Below are positions 1 through 12,989 of a stretch of DNA of 64,000 nucleotides, piece by piece (position 1 is the stretch's first letter; the number at the start of each line of letters is the position of its first letter). The position numbers were made by a program, and so were the translations under genes. Below the pieces are notes generated by a model. It searched no databases and was not told where the DNA came from. It saw only the letters and a program-made list of their open reading frames with translations. Source of the DNA: the human T2T-CHM13v2.0 reference genome, Homo sapiens; NCBI GenBank assembly GCA_009914755.4, contig CP068257.2:21472001-21536000 (forward strand). The letters run 5' to 3'.

Positions 1-90
1 ACCTGGAAAAATGAAAAATTTATTAAGAGGATATAGGGCAGGTTTGGTCATCTGTCTACCAAACTAGAGATGACACCACATTTCAGGAAT

Positions 91-455
91 GGTATTAGTC
101 TGTTTTCATGCTGCTGATAAAGACATACCTGAGACTGGGCAATTTATAAATAAAGAGAGGTTTAATGGACTCACAGTTCCACGTGGCTGGGGAGGCCTCA
201 CACAATGATGGCAGAAGACTAAAGGCACGTCTTACATGGCAGCAGGCAAGAGAGAATTAGAGCCAAGTGAAAAGGGAAATGCCTTAAGAAAACCATCAGA
301 TCTTGTGAGACTTATTCACTACCACAATAACAGTATGGGGGAAAATGTCCCCATGATTCAGTTACCTCTCACCGGGTCCTTCCCATAACACATATGGTGT
401 ATGGGAGCTACAATTCAGGATGAGATTTATGTGGGGACACAGCCAAAAAATATCA
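91..455 (-). mobile_element. MaLR LTR, THE1/MST-like (ERVL-MaLR), near full length
   Basis: Reverse complement of the canonical TGATATGGTTTGGCTGTGTCCCCACCCAAATCTCATCTTGAATTGTAGCTCCCATAATTCCCA...GTCTTTATTAGCAGCATGAGAACAGACTAATAC consensus. The window reads ggtattagtctgttttcatgctgctgataaagacatacctgagactgggcaatttataaa ... gtggggacacagccaaaaaatatca. Confidence 0.75.
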
Positions 456-759
456 GGAGTTAAGCACAATTACTCTACAGGAAAAAATGACCCTAATATA
501 TAATAACAGCATTAAGCTTGGGTAACCAATGCCTAACTCAGTTGGTGACCCTATGGCAATTAGATGAGAAACTTTTCCAGGATCTGAAAAGTAGATAGAC
601 ATATTTGCTCAGGGCACTCAAAGCTACTGCCAGAAAAAATTTATTTAAAATAGTTATTTAAAATAGCATCTTTTTGATATGATTAGATTTATTAGCTTTA
701 TGATACGTCTGACTGTTCATATCCAAATTAATGCAAGCCCTCACGGTCATCTCACTTTT

Positions 760-1076
760 TTTTAGAATATTAGATACATACATACATATATACATAAACA
801 TGATAGAGATGATAGGTAGATAGATTAGATAGATAGATACATACATACATACCTAAACATGATAGAGATGATAGGTAGGTAGATAGATACATACATACAT
901 ACATAAATATGATAGAGATTATAGGCAGCTAGATTAGATGGATAGATACATACATAGATACATAAACATGGTAGAGATGATAGGTAGATAGATTAGATAG
1001 AAAATAGATATATAGATAGATAGATACATAAACATGATAGAGATGATAGGTAGATGATAGATCATCATTTAGATAT
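760..1076. repeat. Minisatellite built on (GATA)n/(TACA)n: about 5 tandem copies of a 53-66 bp unit (acatacatacataaacatgatagagatgataggtagatagattagatagatagat)
   Basis: Units begin at about 798, 858, 911, 967 and 1033. Each starts with catgatagagatgataggtag followed by a GATA/TACA run of variable length. Confidence 0.85.
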
Positions 1077-1179
1077 GAACGATAGGGCTCTCTATATATA
1101 TATTCATGTGTATGCATATGTATTTTTCATGTATACACATATTTTTTCATGAAAATGCTATTTTGCTGTCTTTGAATAT

Positions 1180-1395
1180 GGAGTAAAAGGACAGAAGCCA
1201 AGGAATACAGATGGCCTCTAGATGTGCAAGGCCAGGAAATAGATTCTCCCCTAGAGCCTCCAAAGGTAATGCAGTTTTGCCAACCCACTTCAGATTTCCA
1301 ACCTCCAGAACTGTAAGATAATAATGTTGTGCTATTATAGCCCACTTAATTTGGAGTAGCTTCTTACAGCAGCAATAGGAAACAAATGCATCCGC
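1180..1395 (+). mobile_element. MaLR (MLT1-type) LTR 3' fragment
   Basis: ccaacctccagaactgtaagataataatgttgtgctattatagcccacttaatttggagtagcttcttacagcagcaatagga matches the MLT1 3' end (cctccagaactgtgagaaataaatttctgttgtttaagccacccagtctatggtattttgttatagcagcc...). Confidence 0.5.
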
Positions 1396-2931
1396 CCACT
1401 ACATTTTAGGGTTTCAGTGAATGGCAAATGATTGAAGTGAAAATGCAGCCTAGAGCTAAGAGGGCCACTGCCTGGCATGACTGGCTCTATGTTGTTTTTT
1501 TCCAGGATTTCTAAATGTCATTGTCCTTGAGTCAGTGTCCCAAGAATCAAAAACTCTGATTTAGTATGAATTTTAGCAAACTTTCACCCACACTCAAGTA
1601 TAAATTTAAGAAATGTATCCTGAATATTCAGAGACTTCCAATTTTGCCAAAAACTTGTTTTAGAAGACACGAGCATTTAGCTAGAGTCACAGCAGCCTTG
1701 TTGGTTTCGAGTCCAAATGGCCTCGAAGGTTATTGTCTTTACGTTGTTCATTTGGCAATTTAGCTTCTGGATATCAGGTGCCTGCCATTGCTGCAACATT
1801 TTCTAAAATAATCAGAGACATTTGCCCTGACTAAAATAGAAATTTCTCTTTTCCCTGGGAGGAATATGCATGAAAACAAAACCAAACCAACCACGTCAAC
1901 AAACCTTTCGTCTCTCACTTATGGCAGGCTACCACTTTTCTTTTATGTAAAACCTCCTTCCTCAGATCTGCTCGCTGAGATGCTAGCACCTTGACAATCC
2001 TGCCCAAGACTTAATTGTGTCTGGGACTAAATGGAATCCCTCTCCTGACATTTTATGTTTTTCAGGGCACTTGTTTCTGCTATGTTTTGTTTGAGGCTGT
2101 TCAAGTCTGATAAAGATATTTAAAATTATCATTCTTGCCTATCCTTTCACATTATTCTTAGTCCCAATAGGGATTATAATATCATGCCACAGCATAACTG
2201 GCTACATTCATAAGCTTCTACCTTCCTTTTTACTGGAAATCCACCCAGTGTTTGAAAATCATTATGAAGTTACCTTTCCAAAGCGGGCTGTTCACCATCC
2301 ATTGGAATTCAGCAAGCAAGCAGTGCTTTGGAATTCCACACTCATCTCAGCAAACCATTTCCAACAGCTTCATAACCATCTGTCAAAATGAGCTCACTAC
2401 AATTCCAGGAGTTTTAAGTGGTCTATTATGCAGGCACTCCTTGGCCTGAAATCTCAGCAAGCCCAGATGCAGTTCCTACATTAAATGGGTACAAATCAGA
2501 GTTTACAAAATGTGGAATGTGAAATGGATTGCTTATACTCTTTAATTTTTTAAAATTTCTGTTCCTCAATTTAATCTTGGATCTAAAGTAAACATTTTTC
2601 CAAGCTGATGGTAAATTCAAAGAGTCTTTCTAGAGGCTGTCTGTGCCTGGGTTGAGTCTAGGTTAATAAACTAAAATGGAATGTGAATTCTTCTCCCAAA
2701 AGAGTTCTTCATATCTCTAAAGGTTGGGTTTTCATATCAAAATAAAATGGTTTAACAAAATCTTAATATATGAAATCTGTAATATTTCTCAACATCTGTC
2801 ATTAAAACTTTCATCCTTAACTTGGTTTTTTCTGATAAGGAAAGGGCTTGTACACAAACATAGCATTACATTCCTTGAACACTTTGACACTTAAGATTTT
2901 ACTTAAAGTTATCTGTTTTGGATGACAAAGT

Positions 2932-3245
2932 TAGTTTTTTTGTTGTTTGTTTGTTTGTTTTTTAAGACAGAATCTTGCTCTATTGCTCAGGCTGGAGTGT
3001 AGTGGCATGAGCGCAGTTCACTGCAACCTCTGCCTCCTGGGTTCAAGCAATTCTTCTGCCTCAGCCTCCCAGTAGCTGGGATTTACAGGCATGCACCACC
3101 ACGCCTGGCTAATTTTTGTATTTTTTTTGTAGAGATGGGGTTTCACCATGTTGTCCAGGCTGGTCTTGAACTCCTGACCTTGTGATCCACCCGCCTTGGC
3201 CTCCCAAAGTGCTGGGATTACAGGCATGAGCCACCATGCCCAGCC
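2932..3245 (-). mobile_element. Alu SINE (AluS-like) with T-rich tail on the plus strand and 13-bp TSD CAAAGTTAGTTTT
   Basis: Reverse-complement Alu body: gagacagaatcttgctc...ggctggagtg...ggattacaggcatgagccaccatgcccagcc. The direct repeat caaagttagtttt occurs immediately before the poly-T and immediately after cccagcc. Confidence 0.95.
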
Positions 3246-3337
3246 GTCAAAGTTAGTTTTATACATTAATAAGCTTAAGACTTGTTACTATTTCATTTAT
3301 ATACCACATCAACAAAATTTTCTCCTTTTACTGTTTA

Positions 3338-3769
3338 TGTCTTAGTCCATTTTTGTTGTTTGTAACAGAATACCTGAAACTGGGTAATTTATAGAGAAAA
3401 CAAATTTATTTCTTTCAGTTATGAAGGCTGAGAAGTCCAAAGTTAAGGGGCCGCATGGGGTGAGAAGCTCCTTGGTGGTGGGGGCTTGGTAGAGTCCCAA
3501 GTCAGTGCAGGTCACCACGTGATGAGGCAGCTGAGCAAGCTGGCTCAGGTTTATCTACCTCTTTCTATGAAACCACCAGTCCCACTCTTGTGATATCCCA
3601 TTAATTCAGGATTCCATTACTCTATTAACTCAGAAATTTATTAATCTGTTCATGAGGGCAGAGCCCTCATGACTCAATCAGCTCTTAAAAGCCCCACCTC
3701 TCATTAATGCTATATTGAGATCAAATTTCAATTTTAGCTTCAGAAGAGACAAACATCCAAACCACAGCA
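3338..3769 (+). mobile_element. MaLR LTR (MLT1/MST-type)
   Basis: Starts gtccatttttgttgtttgtaacagaatacctgaaactgggtaatttatag, contains catgagggcagagccctcatga...cacctct and ends ...acatccaaaccacagca. This is the typical MaLR LTR architecture. Confidence 0.65.
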
Positions 3770-5056
3770 CCTTACAAGGATCAAATAAACTGAAACTTAA
3801 CCACTATGGCATGTAATACATACCTTGTTTCCTCTTTATCTTCTTCCCTACTAGGAAATGTCTCCCAGCCTTCACCTTTTTGCTTCCACTTGTGATGTGT
3901 ATGCATGCCTTTCAGGCTGATGAACTAAATCAAAAATGACGTTGACTTTAAAGTGTATGTAAAAGCCTGTCATTCTCACTCTGCCTTTTCTCTCTCTTCC
4001 TTCTCAGTGATTCTACTTCCCAAAATAAAATTTTGCCTCAGGCTCTGTTTTGTAGGAACCAATGCCAAGATGTAGGGTTGTGAAGTTAATTTCCCGATGT
4101 GTTACATTTTACAAAAAAGGAAAAAATTACCATCGCACGGCATGTAATAATATCCAAATTTAACTACCTTATTGGTCCTTACTTTGAGAATTATAAGACC
4201 TTAATGTGTTCCACCCCACTTCCCCACCTAAAAAGAAGTCTCCCTGCTATCATTGAGTGTCACTGGTAGGGGGATGTGTGAGGATGTGTTTGTCCTGCTT
4301 TTCCTCCAGTGTTGCAGGTACTGGGCTTTTCTGTTACCGTTATTTTCCTGGGCCATTGATTGATACTATTAACATGTCAGATGCAGCTCCTCTGATCCAT
4401 GCTTATGTGAAAAAACACCCTTCAAAGGGTTCTCTCTAGTTTCTCCCTCTACCACTATTTATAATTGTTGTGTATGAGGTATCCTACATATTATTTTTGG
4501 ACAGAACCGCTAAATAATATGTCTTTAACAAGATTAAAGTGCATTTCTGTCTTATGTTTACAAATGAAATCTAGTCCAGATTGGAAGGACAGCTTCAAGA
4601 CAGCTTGAAAACAGCTTCAAATCACCTGAAGCCTGGACCCTTCTATTTCCAGGCTCTTCTACCCTCATGCTCACCATTAATGGTTTCATCTCAGAGCCAA
4701 AGTTGGCTGCGTGAGTTTCACCCATCAGAAACCATTCCAAACAGCAGAAAAGGGAAAGGCCTGAGAAAAGGTACCATAATTTTAATTTTTCTGTAGTAAA
4801 TATTAACTTGTCTTCGACTCTATGTGACTCTGGTGGATCCTGTATTTTCTGGAAGGCCTATTGTCTACATTTGGGGTTCTGGTCTGAGAGGAGAAGAATG
4901 ATGGCATGACACCCACATCAGAATCTAAGTTTCCTGTTTCCTCTCTCATTCGCTCTTTGGTTAGAATTTTCTTTCCCATATCTTGTCTGGTATAGGAAAA
5001 GGGCAGCAGAAGAATGGTGGCAGCTAAGATGGGTGTAGAAAAAAGAAAAAAAAAGC

Positions 5057-5057
<1 letters not shown>

Positions 5058-5088
<31 letters not shown>

Positions 5089-5255
5089 ATATACATATAT
5101 ATATATGTTATATACATATATATATGTTATATACATATATATATCTTATATGTAGATATATATAAGATATATATGTGTATATGTTATATATAAGATATAT
5201 ATAATATGTATATATCATATATATACACACACACACATATATATACATCTAATTC
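5058..5255. repeat. (TA)n / (TATATG)n compound microsatellite
   Basis: tatatatatatatatatatatatatatgttatatacatatatatat... ends in (CA)5. Confidence 0.9.
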
Positions 5256-5469
5256 AGCAATTATTCCTTAGGACAATTATTTGATCATACTCTGGAACCA
5301 CAGCTTTGGGGAAAAGCTAAGATACTGATAAAATTATTTTATGACTCTAGCTTGTGCCATTGACATGCTTAGATTTAGTATGTGCAGAATGTTCAGACAA
5401 AGATGTTTTAGATATGTTAAGATGAGGCAACTAGGCATGTCAATGTTAAGTGAAACAGATGGACTTATT

Positions 5470-5512
5470 TGCTACCACATGTGTGTGTGTGTATGTGTGT
5501 GTATACATACAT
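5470..5512. repeat. (GT)n microsatellite
   Basis: gtgtgtgtgtgtgtatgtgtgtgtatacatacat. Confidence 0.9.
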
Positions 5513-6534
5513 AATTTGTAACTTTATTGAGGTGGTGCTGAGTAAATATAATCAAGTTTAGGCAAAATTTATAAGCTTTCTAAGACCTCCAGATAAAGAC
5601 TTATCAACCCCAAGGTAATCACATATGTAATTTACTGTTACTTAACAAGGAGTGCATTTATTTTTTAATGTTCACGTACGTGTCTGAGCATCACTTTCTA
5701 GAAATTCTGTTTAGTAGCACAGTGTGTAATTTTAAATATAAGCTTGTTATTATTTTTAGTTGGGAGAGATTAGGAGACAAATTTCCTCTAAGATTCCTTT
5801 AAAACAGCCAAGAAGTTAACTCTTACAACTCTCACAAATTTCAAAATACTATCATCGTAAAACATTAATTTTGCAATCTAGAAACATGGTCTTACCATTC
5901 AAAGAAATCTGAAAGATGAATTATCTCATTCAAATACTATGTACTAGGAGAAATGAAAATGATGAGAAACACATCATCAATTCTCTCAAACACTGTTGAA
6001 CAGATATGTGCCTAGTCTTGTGTTATTTTGGAACTACAAAGCTGAAGAGTATGTGATGCTTTCCCTTAATAAGTTCATACAATTTTAAGAGAAAAATTTA
6101 GAAGTATGTCATATCCTTGAAATGAACACAGTATTCTTTTTATCTCATAATACTGTTTGAAGAAAATATTTTTCTCAGTTAGCAATTAGTCTTATTGAAG
6201 ACAAGTTAACTTTAACTGTTAGCATATACTCTTTTTAGTTGGTAAATATTTTATTCATAAATTCCTACTAATATCACTCCCTACACTTTTTTCATTCTGA
6301 TTAAATTAAATCAAATATGTTTACTTTATAAAATAACTATATTGAAAACATTTGTTTATACCATATTGGAGATTTGTGCTATTTGACAGAGGAGAAGAGT
6401 TTCAAGGGAAGTTTCAAAAGTTATCTTCTTTTATGGTTGCTTGTTAATGAGTAACATAATTTCCTAGTCTACGGCTTTGATTTTAATACACACGTAACTT
6501 GCCTGTCATAATAGGGCACAATGTGTGCTTCTCA

Positions 6535-6896
6535 GGGATATGGTTTGGCTCTGTGTCCTCACCCAAATCTCACATTGAGTTGTAATAATCCCTATGTTGT
6601 TAAGGGCGGGACCAGGTAGAGATCACTGAATCACTGGGGCAGTTTCCCCCATACTGTTCTAGTGATTGTAAGTGAGTTCTCAGGAAGTCTGATGGTCTTA
6701 TAAGGGGCTTCCTCCTTTGCTCAGTCTTCATTCTCTCTCCTGCCACCCTGTGATGAGGTGCCTTCTGCCATGATTGTAAGTTTCCTGAGACCTCCCCAGC
6801 AACGCGGAACTGTGAGTCAATCGAACTTCTTTTCCTTACAAATTCCCCAGTCTCAGGTATGTCTTTATTAGCAGCATGAGAACAGACTAATACACT
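6535..6896 (+). mobile_element. MaLR LTR, THE1/MST-like, full length
   Basis: gatatggtttggctctgtgtcctcacccaaatctcacattgagttgtaataatccc ... ccagtctcaggtatgtctttattagcagcatgagaacagactaatacac. Same family as 91-455 but on the opposite strand. Confidence 0.75.
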
Positions 6897-7499
6897 CAGT
6901 ATTAGTGGAAAAGGAACAAAATAACTTAAAATCTGTTTTAAAAATGAATTAATTCAAATGTGACTTTTGTTATGTATAATTTTGTGTAGAATATAGGTAG
7001 AAGTTTGCATATACCACTAAATATGATTTAAGATAAATAAATGTTAAAAAACACAATGAGCCAATTTTATTCAACTTAAAAAAAACTGTGTATACATATT
7101 CCACAAACCTGTGCAGAGTCTGTAAAAAAACATAAAATTCTAATTACAGGCAGAAGTTAATTCTAACTGAATGGGGAGATAGAGAATGTCCCTTAAGGGA
7201 AGTATAAATACTTCAAATATGTTGATTCTCACAAATTGATATATAAGTACAATAAACTCACTATCAAAATACAAAATTGTTTTGGCCTGAATTGACAAAA
7301 TTATATAAATTTCATTCAAATAATTAGCCTCTGACATATAGTAAGTTAATATGGGGAATGGTCTTGCATTTCCAGATATTAAAATTCTTTATAAAGCTAG
7401 ACTAATTTAAAAAGTTTGGACTCATGCCATGATAGACAAATAGAAATGCACATAAAAATTCAGAATATTCATCTCTAATTCATCATGTTATCCTTGGGA

Positions 7500-7910
7500 C
7501 ATCTATTATTCATGAGATTCCACCAAAACAACTCCTGTACTTTTCTCGAAATTGAAAGAAAGTATATTATTTATGTATAGTTCAAAAAGGGGCTGTGAAG
7601 AAAAAGTTTGTGTGTAACATAATGTTTTTCCTGTTTTAATAAAAATGGCTTTTAAAAGTGTAGTGAGATATTGATCATTTAATAAATGGTGTTGGGATAA
7701 TTGTGTTGTACTCGAAAATATATTTCAGATGGAATTTATAATTAGATAAAATTTTATAGTATAATAATAATATATCATTAAGCAAAATTAATTAAAAAAG
7801 GATTCTAGGGCAAAGAGCAATGGAAAGTGATTATAAACTCAACATGAGTTTTTAACAAAAAGTAGATGTACATGTCTTCCTTGATATAGGAAAGTCCTGA
7901 TTCTGTAACC
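7500..7910 (+). mobile_element. Old L1 (L1M-like) ORF2 C-terminal fragment
   Basis: Translation contains FNKWCWDN (L1 ORF2 consensus FNKWCWENW) and downstream ...LDIGKS (consensus LDIGLGNDF). Heavily decayed. Confidence 0.4.
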
Positions 7911-8970
7911 ATGTTATCTCCTTAGTGGCATCTTTTGAACATTACAAATACACTGGTGTATTGTCCAGCCTACTTCAGTCAGTCAAGGCTTCAATTTGTA
8001 CATGCATAAAGGTATTATGAAATAGGAAAGCAAAAATATTTGCCCAGATATAACAAGAAGATATATGGGGACACAGTGCCCACAGTTCTCGCTCACTGAC
8101 AATCGCCATAGCTGTTTTGATTCTAGATGCTGATGTAAATTTACATCTGTCATCTGGCCTAATTAAGGTCTGATTGGAGGACTCACACAGGATGTGCCTA
8201 TTGTGAAGTCCAAAGGGAATCCACAAACCCTACTTTGGCTCAAATTTTTTTTCTAGATAGACCTGCCTTATTAATAGAAGATGGACTAACTACCATTACT
8301 TTTGCAAACTCAATCAGAAAATTTGAAATATTTTCCTTAAGAAGAAAATGTTACTAAGATAAGAAAAGAGGATATTTTAGGAAAATATTCAGCTTGGGAA
8401 GAATTAAGTGGTTTTAATACCTTTAACATGAATACAAAACTATTTCTATTAAATAAAAATGAAAAAAAGATCATAAGACACTCAACAGAAATTATAAGAT
8501 TAGAAATAAATGAGGAACAATACATTATAATGTTAATAATGCTATGGAAAAATGAATGCTATGGAAAAATGAATCCATTGTCTATACAGACATTCAGAAT
8601 GCAGATGTAAACTATAAAATTTAAAATAAAAAGAGGGAAGATGACAGATACAGAGAACAGCTAATAAACAGCTGAGTGTACTTTCTGAAAAAGATTCCAG
8701 AATAGAGTGACCAAAAGCACAAACTAAACACACAAAAGCAATTTTATAAGCTGTGGATGAGGCATCAGAAGATCTAAATCTGTGTATCAAAAAGAGTTAC
8801 TGCAAACCACATTAAATGAATAGAAAACAGTGAAAGCTAGATATGTGCGGATAAAATGCTAGCTGTTTCTGTTTTTGGAAAGGTCTTTCTTATTGCATCT
8901 TTTAAAAGCTTTATTGAAGTACAATTGTTATATAAAAATAGTACACCTTTAATGTACATTTTCTTCCCTA

Positions 8971-9262
<292 letters not shown>

Positions 9263-9284
9263 CTAATGTACACATTTTGATAAT

Positions 9285-9606
9285 TTTGTTTGTTTGTTTT
9301 TTGTTTGAGACAGGATCTTGCTCTGTCCCCCAGGCTAGAGTACAGTGGCATGATCATGACTTATTGCACCGTTGACCTTCCTGGCTCAAGCGATCCTCCC
9401 GCTTCAGCCTCCTGCGTAGCTTGGAGTAGCTGGGCCATAGGTAAGCACCACCAAGCTTGGCTAATTTTATTTTATTTTTGTGTTTTGTAGAGATGGGGTC
9501 ACTCTATGTTTCTCAGGCTGATCTTATACTCCTGGGCTTAAGCCAGCCTTTAGTCTCAGCCTCCAACAATTGCAGCAAGATTATAGGCATGAACCCCCAC
9601 ATCCTG
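9285..9606 (-). mobile_element. Alu SINE, older (AluJ-like, diverged), inserted next to the previous Alu
   Basis: tttgtttgtttgttttttgtttgagacaggatcttgctctgtcccccaggctagagtacagtggcatgatcatg...ggcatgaaccccca. Confidence 0.9.
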
Positions 9607-9699
9607 CTGATGAGTTTAGATATATGCATACATCCTTAATACCTTAAACCAAGGTACTAAATAGATTCACTACACAATTCTCTTGTCTTTATTTATTGA

Positions 9700-10692
9700 G
9701 TTTGTTTTTCTTTTTTTTGTTTTCAGTCTTTTTTCCCCCCTTTGGTAAGAATACTTAACATAAGAGTTATCCTCTGAATATATTTTGAAGTGTACAATAC
9801 TGTATCGTTAACTATAGGTACTTTGTTATACACAGTTCTCCAGAACTTATTCATCTTTCATCACAGAAATTTTAAACCCATTGAGAAACAATTATCCATT
9901 TCTTCCAACCTCCAGCCCCTAGCAACTACCTCTTTATTATCTGCTTCTATGTGTTTGATTATTTCAGATACCTCATATTAGTGGAATCATGCAGTATTTT
10001 ATCCTTTTGTGACTGGCTTATTTTACTTGGCTTAGTGTCTTACCTATGTTGCTGCAAATGGCAGAATCTCATTTCTCAAGGCTGAATAATAGTCTGTTGG
10101 GTGTATATACCATGTTTCCTTTACCTGTTAATTCATCAATAGACCCTTGGATTGTTTCCGTATCTTGGCATTTGTGAATAACACTGCAGTGAACATGGGT
10201 GCACAGATATCCCTTTGAGATCCTGGTTTAAATTCTTTTGCATGTATATCTAAAAGTGGGTTCACTGGATCATATTGTAGTTCTATTTTAAACTTTCCGA
10301 GGAACCTCCATGGTTTATCCATAGTGACTGGGAGAGGTAATATTTCACATTTCCATCAATAATGCATAAGAGTTCCAATTCCTACACATCTTCAGCAACA
10401 CATGTTATTTTTTTTAATAATACTTATCTTACCAGGTGTGAAGTGATCTCTTATTGTGGTTTTCATTTGCATTTCCCTGATGATTAATGATGTTGAGCAC
10501 CTTTATGTACTTGGTGCTCATCTGTATATATTCTTTAAATAAAGGTATATTCAACTCTTGTTCATTTTTAAGCAGGTTTTTGTTTTTTTTGCTATTGAAT
10601 CATAAGGGATTCTCGTACATTTTGAATATTAATTCCTTATCAGATAGATTTTTTCTAATATTTTCTCTCATTCTGTAGGATACCTTTTCACT
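9700..10692 (-). mobile_element. L1 (L1M/L1PB-like) 3' end, antisense: 3'UTR plus ORF2 C-terminus
   Basis: Antisense L1 3' motifs: ccagcccctagcaactac...atcatgcagtattt...gttgctgcaaatggcagaatctcatttctcaaggctgaataatag...ggattgtttccgtatcttggcatttgtgaataacactgcagtgaacatggg...gtgtgaagtgatctcttattgtggttttcatttgcatttccctgatgattaatgatgttgagcac. Confidence 0.75.
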
Positions 10693-11112
10693 CCATTTTC
10701 TGTTGCCTATAACAGATACCTGAATCTGGGTAATTTATTGTTTTTAAAGAATTCATTTCTTGCAGTTATATAAGCTGAGTAGTCCAAGGTTGAAGGGCCA
10801 TATCTGGTGAGAGCTGGTGGGGACTCTAAAGAGTCCCAAGGCAGTGCAGAGTATCACATGAGGAAGGGAATTGAGCTTGCTAATGTCCTAGCTCAGGTCT
10901 CTCTTCCTCTCCCCATAAGGCCACCAGTTCCACTCCCATGATAACCCATTAATTCATTAACCTATTAATCCATGAATGAATTAGTCCATTAGGAGGGCAG
11001 AGCTCTTATGAGCCAATCACCTCTTAAATGCTCCACCTCTCAGTATTGCCTCATTGGAGATTACATTTCAACATGAGTTACAGAAGGGACAAATGTTCAA
11101 ACTGTAGCACAT
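10692..11112 (+). mobile_element. MaLR LTR (MLT1/MST-type) nested inside the old L1
   Basis: tccattttctgttgcctataacagatacctgaatctgggtaatttattg...ggagggcagagctcttatgagccaatcacctcttaaatgctccacctctcagtattgcctcattggagattacatttcaacatgag...caaactgtagca. L1 antisense sequence resumes immediately afterwards. Confidence 0.65.
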
Positions 11113-11420
11113 CTCTTTGTTAAGTTTATTCCTAAATATTTTATTATTTTTGATGCTATTGTAAGTGGGATTATTTTCTTAATTTTGTTTTCAGATAGCA
11201 TATTGTTAGCACATAGGTGTGTACCTGATTTGTGTATATTAATTTTGCATGTTGTAATTTTGCTAAATTTGTTTATTAGTTATAACAATGACTTTCCTTG
11301 GTACTTAGTTTAATGTGTGACATCCTTACTAATCCCTGGTCTCTGACCACTCTTCAACTTCTTTGTTGTGACCCACCATAATGTCCTGTTTTCATTGTAT
11401 TTGAGGTGTGATACTCTTTT
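11112..11420 (-). mobile_element. L1 continuation (antisense ORF2) on the far side of the nested LTR
   Basis: gttaagtttattcctaaatattttattatttttgatgctattgtaagtgggattattttcttaattttgttttcagatagcatattgttagcacataggtgt matches the L1 antisense consensus ttaaatttattcctaagtattttattctttttgatgcaattgtaaatgggattgttttcttaatttctctttctgatagtttgttgttagtgtataga. Confidence 0.55.
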
Positions 11421-11944
11421 TCACTCTGGGGCTTTGCATATCCTGAGCCTTCTATCTAGAAGTTTTCACTACCCTGTTCTTCATACATACCAGATCAATT
11501 TTCCCTGAAGTCCTTCCCTAACAAGAAATATTGGAGTAAGTCACCTATACACATTCCCCATAACGTTTGCAAATACTTTCAAATACTTTACTTCCTTTAG
11601 ATATTATATATCTATTGAGTTACCACCTAGTTCACAACAGACAACATAATTAATATTGAAAGAATGATGTATATTTGTTTGTATATCTATGTCTGGATGT
11701 ATGTGTTTATGTGTGTGTGTATGAGAGAAAGAAAACAGAGACAAAGAGACTATATGTACTATTTTATCCAAGATTATTGGCGGGTGGTGTTATTGTTATT
11801 TTTTTCTTGTTTTTAAACTTTTCTGTGTGTTTCTAATTCTCCTTGATGCACACGTGTAACATTTTATTGAAAATAAGTTACTAAACACTTTGGAAAGAAC
11901 AACCTAAAACAGTTCACCTTCTCTATTTCTTAAGATCAGGTGTT

Positions 11945-12512
11945 CATTTCCTATTGCTGCTATGGCAAATTACCACAAATTTAGTGGCCTAGAATAACAA
12001 ATTTATTATTTACTTCTGAAGATCAGAATACCGAAATGTGTCTCAGGAGCTAACACCAAGGTGTCAGCCGCTTGCTTTCCTTTTTGTAGACTTGTCCTTG
12101 TCCATTTGAAGAATGTTGTTCTTGACATTGTAGAAGTAACATGCTGAATTTTTTGATGGCTACAAACAGAACCGTTTCTAGCATCTAGAGATCGCCACAT
12201 TCCTCGGTTCATGGTTACTTTCCTTCAATTTCACAGCTAGCAATGGCAGGTGGCGTCCTTGTGATGGCGCACCTCTCTAACACTTCTTTCATCTCCATAT
12301 CTCTCATTAACCACAACAAGGAATGATCCTGTTTTTCAGCATTCATGTGATTAGATTGTGCCCACCGGGATAACCGAGGATCTCTTCATCTCAAGATTCT
12401 TAACCTTATTTAGATATGGGAACTCCCTTTTTTGCCATGTAAGGTAACATATTTATAGATTCTGGCAATTAAGTCTTGAACATCCTGGGGGTACCATTAG
12501 TCTGTCTACCAT
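11945..12512 (+). mobile_element. MaLR LTR (MLT1-type, different subfamily)
   Basis: cctattgctgctatggcaaattaccacaaatttagtggcctagaataacaaatttattatttacttctgaagatcagaataccgaaatg...aaggtgtcagc...catctcaagattcttaaccttatttagatatgggaactccctttttgccatgtaaggtaacatatttatagattctgg follows the MLT1 consensus. It keeps 9 CpG sites, which is unusual for an ancient element. Confidence 0.55.
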
Positions 12513-12690
12513 AGATCAGAAATCAGTTTTTCAAATCATTTTACTTACCTTGAAATTCTTAGTAATTGGGGTTCAAATATGGATTTGCAAAGTCTGCAAT
12601 TGGATTTTAATTTTAAAATGTTTAACAGGTGAATATATATATATATAAGGTGATAGAATTGAAAAAAAATCACACTAATTCAAATGTTTC

Positions 12691-12985
12691 CCTCCCTCCC
12701 TACCTCCCTCCCTCCTTCCAGGCTGGCATGAAGTGGCTCAATCTCAGCTCACTGCAACCTCCACCTCAAGGATTGAAGCGATTCTCATGCCTCAGACTCC
12801 CCAGTAGCTGGGGTTACAGGTATGCACTGCCACGCGCAGGTAAATTTTAGGATTTTTAGTACAGACAGGGTTTTGCCACGATGCCCGGCTGGTCTCAAAC
12901 TCCTGAGCTCAGGCAATCTGCCTGCCTTGGCCTCCCAAAGTGCTAGGATTACAGGCATGAGCCACCGTGCACAGCTGATTCAATT
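12691..12985 (-). mobile_element. Alu SINE whose A-tail has decayed into a (GGGA)n/(TCCC)n microsatellite
   Basis: tccctccctccctacctccctccctcc immediately followed by caggctggcatgaagtggctcaatctcagctcactgcaacctccacc...ggattacaggcatgagccaccgtgcacagc. Confidence 0.9.
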
Positions 12986-12989
12986 TTGT

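Noticed and set aside
760-1076. Considered whether the tandem arrays at 760-1076, 31790-31975 and 57645-58215 could be CRISPR arrays
   Set aside because: Their units are variable in length and lack unique constant-length spacers between identical repeats. The surrounding sequence is Alu/L1-bearing primate DNA, so these are eukaryotic minisatellites.
3018-3266. ORFs at 3018..3266, 9290..9490, 12822..13070, 15889..16122, 27738..28106, 28613..28843, 35398..35823, 38072..38284, 43367..43567, 48808..49224, 54589..54887 and 55966..56301
   Set aside because: All of them lie within Alu elements. They encode the familiar Alu-derived peptides such as [16 protein letters not shown] and GWSRTPDLK, and are not genes.
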